The position numbers and the translations under genes are program-made. 32,000 nt of DNA from positions 1,383,878 to 1,415,877 of the forward strand of contig NZ_LT606950.1 of NCBI RefSeq assembly GCF_900095195.1, read 5' to 3'. The notes beneath the pieces were generated by a model. It saw nothing but the letters and a program-made list of their open reading frames with translations. It was not told the origin of the DNA and searched no databases. Source of the stretch: Polynucleobacter necessarius. Its GTDB lineage: Bacteria; Pseudomonadota; Gammaproteobacteria; Burkholderiales; Burkholderiaceae. Below are positions 27,704 to 32,000 of this stretch, piece after piece (the first letter of the stretch is position 1; each line of letters begins with the position of its first letter).

Positions 27704-28518
27704 GCTTATTTTTAATATTTGACGTCGGTAATACTCAACTTAAGTGGGCCGCTGTTGAATCTACTCAACACCCATCTGCTCAACAAAAAAAACTCTGGGC
27801 TTACTCGGGCTATATTAGTAGTAATTCATTGCGGTCCCATGAACATCGCCAAGAACTTTCAAGCTATATCGCAAAAACGCTACCGAAGCCAAATGCTATT
27901 GCTTTCAGTTGTGTGGCTGGACAAGAGTCCATCAACAGCCTCCAATCCCTCTTTCCGCAATGGTCAGAAATAAGGTGGCAGCAGTTAAAAGGTGATAGCT
28001 CATTTGATGGCGTTCGAACCCTTTATCAAGAACCCAGTAAATTGGGTGCCGACCGTTGGGCGGCAATCATCGCAGCTTGTAACCTCAGCAAAACCAACAC
28101 ACTGGTTGTTAGTGCTGGTACGGCAACAACCATTGATTTATTGGGCTCAAATGGCGTCCATCACGGCGGATGGATTCTGCCTGGGATTGATCTCATGCAA
28201 AAAAGCTTGGTGACCAATACAGCCCAACTTCCAATGGCTACTCGCAATGAGCCTTCTAATGAATTTGGACTATCTACTAATCATGCAATTGTAGGTGGAT
28301 GTGATGCCGCCCAGATTGGCGCAATTCAATACGCCCTTGATGTTGCAAAAGAAATGAACCAGGCCGTAGAGACTATTTGGATTGATGGCGGCAATGCAAA
28401 AATATTAGCAAATGCTTTAGTTCAAACTCACAAATTGAGTCACATCAAAATTGAGGTCTGCGAAGGCTTGGTACTCCGCGGACTTTGGGCATGGCTTCTG
28501 AAAAATACCGAGTCTTAA
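27700..28518 (+). CDS. coaX: Type III pantothenate kinase
   Basis: LIFDVGNTQLKWA phosphate-1 motif and GADRWAAIIAA. ATGA overlap with the birA stop. Confidence 0.9.
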   Translation: MSLFLIFDVGNTQLKWAAVESTQHPSAQQKKLWAYSGYISSNSLRSHEHRQELSSYIAKTLPKPNAIAFSCVAGQESINSLQSLFPQWSEIRWQQLKGDSSFDGVRTLYQEPSKLGADRWAAIIAACNLSKTNTLVVSAGTATTIDLLGSNGVHHGGWILPGIDLMQKSLVTNTAQLPMATRNEPSNEFGLSTNHAIVGGCDAAQIGAIQYALDVAKEMNQAVETIWIDGGNAKILANALVQTHKLSHIKIEVCEGLVLRGLWAWLLKNTES

Positions 28519-28536
28519 AACTGACTCTCGGTTAAT

Positions 28537-29025
28537 TTACGAGCAAATTTTTCCCAATAAACTAGTAGTAGAGCGTTGATACAAAAATGGAATGGCAACC
28601 GCTTTTCCACCACAGCTCTTGACCGCGCGAGTCTCAGCTAAAGTCTCAATCTCATAATCACCGCCCTTGACATAAATATCAGGTCGAATTTTTTCGATTA
28701 ATTGGACAGGGGTTTGTTCCGTAAATAAAACGGTCATATCAACACTCTCTAAGGCAGCCAGCAAAGCTTGTCTGTCTGCTTCAGTGTTGATAGGCCTGTC
28801 ATCGCCTTTGCCCAGCATTTTGACTGAGGCATCTGAATTTACGCCAACCACAAGACTTGCACCTAAAGCGCGAGCTTGGGCCAAATAGCTAGCATGTCCA
28901 CGATGCAAGATATCAAACACCCCATTCGTAAAAACCAATGGTCGCGGCAAGCTCGCAATTCTCATTTCAAGTTGCTCTAATAGACAAACTTTAGTTTCGA
29001 AAGAAGGTGGTGGGATTGAACTCAT
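28537..29025 (-). CDS. hldC: D-glycero-beta-D-manno-heptose 1-phosphate adenylyltransferase (RfaE domain II type)
   Basis: Cytidylyltransferase-fold motif FTNGVFDILHRGH. 162 aa, stand-alone. Confidence 0.87.
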   Translation of the reverse strand: MSSIPPPSFETKVCLLEQLEMRIASLPRPLVFTNGVFDILHRGHASYLAQARALGASLVVGVNSDASVKMLGKGDDRPINTEADRQALLAALESVDMTVLFTEQTPVQLIEKIRPDIYVKGGDYEIETLAETRAVKSCGGKAVAIPFLYQRSTTSLLGKICS

Positions 29026-29115
29026 AACGCAATATTACTGGCTTTAGGGATCATCCTGCGATATTCATCAGAATGTCTTAGACTTGGATGCCCACAAACA
29101 AAAATACTGAGGCAG

Positions 29116-29705
29116 ATGACTACCAAGCCAAGCGACCTTAGCCCAACGATAATTTATTGGGTTTTTGCCTGTTTTTTCCTATTCTGCGGACTTCCCATGG
29201 CAAACGCAGCCCCCACTTGCAGCCCATTGCTTTCTCACACATTTCCACGCCTTCAAGATGAAGCCCCTCAAAACCTTTGCCAATATCAATGTAAGGTAAT
29301 TCTTGCCGTCAACACGGCGAGTTATTGCGGCTTTACTGGTCAATATGAAGGTCTTGAGAAAATTTATGCCAAATATAAAGATCGGGGTTTTGTCGTACTA
29401 GGATTTCCATCAAATGACTTTGGGCAACAAGAGCCAGGCAGCAATAAGGAAATTGCAGATTTTTGTAAAAATACGTACGACGTAAAATTTCCGATGTTTG
29501 CTAAGAGTGTTGTCTCCGGAAGCAATCAAAATCCTTTTTTAGGATGTTGATTGCTAAAACAGGAACAACACCAAAATGGAATTTCTATAAATATTTAATT
29601 GATCGAAATGGTAACGCGGTGGATTCCTTTGGTAGCGTCACCAAACCAACTAGTAGCAGCATTACCAATCAAATTGAAAAACTCTTAGAGGAAAAAGCGC
29701 AGTGA
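29116..29705 (+). pseudogene. Secreted glutathione peroxidase with a frameshift in a T6 run
   Basis: Frame 1 (29116-29550) has a signal peptide, NTASYCGFTGQY (peroxidatic Cys) and LGFPSNDFGQQEPG, then ends NPFLGC*. The frame one nucleotide behind continues (F)RMLIAKTGTTPKWNFYKYLIDRNGNAVDSFGSVTKP...EEKAQ* to TGA 29703-29705. One extra T in 29535-29540 fuses the two parts colinearly. Confidence 0.8.
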
Positions 29706-31092
29706 GCAAAAACGAATTGCCATCATTGGCGCTGGAATATCTGGACTAGGTTGTGCGTACGCCTTAAGACAACATCCGGATTTTGAAATAACCCTCTATG
29801 AAGGTGGAAATCATATTGGCGGCCACGGTAACACGGTAGACTTTTCCTGTGAAGTAGCGGGAGAGACTATTACGCATGGGGTTGACACCGGCTTCTTGGT
29901 TTTTAACCGCAAAACTTACCCAAGACTCGTCAGATTGTTTGAGGAGATACAAGCGCCCGTTGCTCCGTCTGAAATGTCATTTTCAGTTTCCATTGATGCA
30001 TCTGAGAAAAACCTTGCACACCCTAAGATAGAGTGGTCTGGTACTGATCTCAATGCTTTCTTTGGTCAGCGCTCCAATATATTCTCTCCTTCATTTTGGA
30101 GGATGGCATTTGACATCTTGCGATTCAATTATTTAGCAACGAAGCTCGCCAAGCGTCAAATTTCCGAAGGGCATCACTATAAGCAACCTGATGAAACAAT
30201 CGCTCAATTTTTAGATCGAAATAAATTTAGTCAGAGCTTTCAGGAAAATTATTTCCTACCAATGATTGGCGCGATTTGGTCTTGCTCAGTAGAGCAAATG
30301 TTAGAGTTTCCTATACAAACCATGATTCGCTTTTGCCACAATCATGGTTTGTTGCAAATACAAAACCGGCCACAATGGCTCACCGTTCAAGGTGGATCAA
30401 GAGAATATGTAAAGCGTATCTTAGCGGCCTTGGAGCTTCATAATGTGGCTATCCGACGAGAGTCTGTTTTACGCGAACACCCCCAAGGTGACTGCGATAA
30501 GAGTCAAGCGGAAGTAATTAGCCCATCAGGATCGGCATGGTTTGATGAAGTGGTGATGGCATGTCATAGCGACGAAAGCCTGGCGTTAATCCATGGAATT
30601 GATCAGCAAACCAAGAATATTCTTGCGGCGGTACCGTATCAAAAGAATCGAGCCATTTTTCATACGGATTCACGGTTTCTTCCTGAGACAAAGTGTTGTT
30701 GGGCTGCATGGAACTATACAGCCAAATCTGGAAAGATTCCAAGCGCCAAACAACATGTCAGCGTCAATTATCTGATCAATTACTTACAGCCACTACCCAA
30801 ACAACCAAAAGACATTCCTATTATTGTTAGTCTGAACCCCACTTCTGAGCCCGATCCAAAACTGGTGCATCAGGAAATTCAGTACTCTCATTCGGTATTT
30901 GATATGCGGGCCATTCAAGCGCAAAAGGAATTGCCATTGATTCAAGGCAATTCATCTATTTGGTATTGCGGCGCCTGGACAGGATTCGGCTTTCATGAGG
31001 ATGGCCTTCGCTCTGGGGAGCTAGTGGCTGAAGCGTTGATCGAAAACATTCGCTCGCCGCTGAATAATACTCCCGAGGAAAACGCACGCTAA
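29702..31092 (+). pseudogene. NAD(P)/FAD-dependent oxidoreductase (amine-oxidase-like) whose start codon is out of frame
   Basis: The frame is open from 29689 and encodes KRIAIIGAGISGLGCAYAL...LYEGGNHIGGH, a dinucleotide-binding fold. It has no ATG, GTG or TTG before TTG 29896. GTG 29702 overlaps the gpx stop as GTGA and would be in frame if the A5 run at 29708-29712 were A6. Confidence 0.65.
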
Positions 31093-31877
31093 ATGAATCA
31101 ACCAAAGATTAGCTTTGGCATCGTGAAGCATCGCCGTCTTCGGCCTGCTCAAAATGCATTTGGGTGTGGTGTTTTACACTCTCTATTCCAATGCGCTCAA
31201 GAAAGCAAAATCCTAGTCTGCTAAGTGGTCGTAGCGTTCTAGATAATCGATTTGGAATCTGCTCTTTCTACGATAAAGATCATGGCGTTGGCGGTCCCAG
31301 TAGCCTTGACTGGATTGAAACCATTTTGCAAGAGAATGGGTTGGGTTACATTGATGGTGAAATTTGGTTGCAAACTTTTCCAAGGGTTTTAGGATATGTA
31401 TTTAATCCTGTTAGCTTTTGGATTTGCACAAACTCATCCCAGGAAACATTAGCGGTCGTAGCTGAGGTCAACAATACATTTGGTGAGCGTCACCGCTATT
31501 TGCTATATAAAGACTCTGGGGAATCAATTTACTCAGGCGAAACTCTAAGAAGCCAAAAAGTCTTTTACGTATCTCCATTCTGCGAAGTACGTGGAGAGTA
31601 TCAATTTCGGTTTTTGTTTTCCAAAGACAGTCGTTCGGGACGCAATTCTGTTGCTCGTATAAAGCTTCACGAAGATAACCTACCGCTCATCAACACCAGT
31701 ATCAGTGGAACTAGTCGTCCACTTTCTAGGACAAGCCTATATTTGGCAATGATGCGCTACCCACCAATGAGTTTAGGCGTGATTTTCCACATTCACTGGC
31801 AAGCATTGAAATTGTGGCTAAAAGGTGTACCCTTTTACTCAAAACTCAAACCACCCGAATTTGAAGTTAGCAGATGA
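31093..31877 (+). pseudogene. DUF1365 family protein with a frameshift in a T4 run
   Basis: ATG 31093 gives MNQPKISFGIVKHRRLRPAQNAFGCGV and then stops after 43 codons. The frame one nucleotide behind (track ORF 31164-31877) continues FTLSIPMR...RFGICSFYDKDHG...FNPVSFW. One extra T in 31172-31175 joins them into a normal DUF1365 N-terminus. Confidence 0.75.
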
Positions 31878-32000
31878 GTAGACCTGGACAATCCCTTTTG
31901 TCGCGTTTAAGTTTTTCTTCTCCGCCAAGCGGCAAGAACAACATTCTTAAAGGCAATATTCATGCACAAACGCTGCTCAATATCTTATCGAGACTTAAAA
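31874..32000 (+). CDS. cfa: Probable cyclopropane-fatty-acyl-phospholipid synthase family methyltransferase, N-terminal fragment that runs off the window
   Basis: ATG 31874 overlaps the DUF1365 stop as ATGA. The frame is open to the window end (MSRPGQSLLSRLSFSSPPSGKNNILKGNIHAQTLLNILSRLK). The identity comes mainly from the conserved FAD-oxidoreductase / DUF1365 / cfa gene order. Confidence 0.45.
   Translation, partial: MSRPGQSLLSRLSFSSPPSGKNNILKGNIHAQTLLNILSRLK

Noticed and set aside
28507-28532. Short inverted repeat (accgag ... ctcggt) between convergent coaX and hldC
   Set aside because: It has only a 6-bp stem with a 12-nt loop and no U-tract on either side, so it is not a convincing terminator.

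Overview
This is a core-chromosome segment from a moderately AT-rich betaproteobacterium. Gene order follows the Burkholderiales pattern. A Polynucleobacter-like organism is my best guess, but that is inference from synteny and composition only.

Genes are tightly packed, with many 1-4 nt start/stop overlaps. From left to right the window holds:
- an aa3-type cytochrome c oxidase structural and biogenesis cluster: ctaA fragment, conserved membrane protein, SURF1, DUF2909-like, ctaE, DUF2970, ctaG, ctaD, ctaC
- a BioC-like methyltransferase, comF and trmL
- a rhodanese-grxC-secB-gpsA operon
- gpmA, an S41 peptidase and moeB
- a gshA-gshB-EIIA(Man)-ptsH-ptsI block
- a TorF-like porin with glnK and amtB
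- ubiK, then ybeD-lipB-lipA
- an alpha/beta hydrolase, a 2Fe-2S ferredoxin-like protein and a VanZ-like gene
- birA-coaX and hldC
- a gpx / FAD-oxidoreductase / DUF1365 / cfa module

I found no tRNA or rRNA genes, IS elements, integrases, CRISPR arrays, or any defence or accessory island. I cannot support a claim of a novel multi-gene system here.

The real non-trivial signal is localized gene decay:
- grxC carries two frameshifts.
- gpx, the FAD-oxidoreductase and DUF1365 carry one frameshift each, all verified by hand translation.
- A VanZ-like gene is split into two overlapping ORFs.
- A lipoprotein gene trails off into multi-frame remnants.
- gshB ends at a premature TGA 10 codons before its apparent ancestral stop.

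Every frameshift I could resolve is repaired by adding one nucleotide. Most sit in A/T homopolymers, and the damage concentrates in glutathione/redox genes. This fits either an eroding host-restricted (symbiont-type) genome or systematic homopolymer under-calling. The sequence alone cannot separate the two.

A perfect 19-bp hairpin inside the cox operon is also worth a look.
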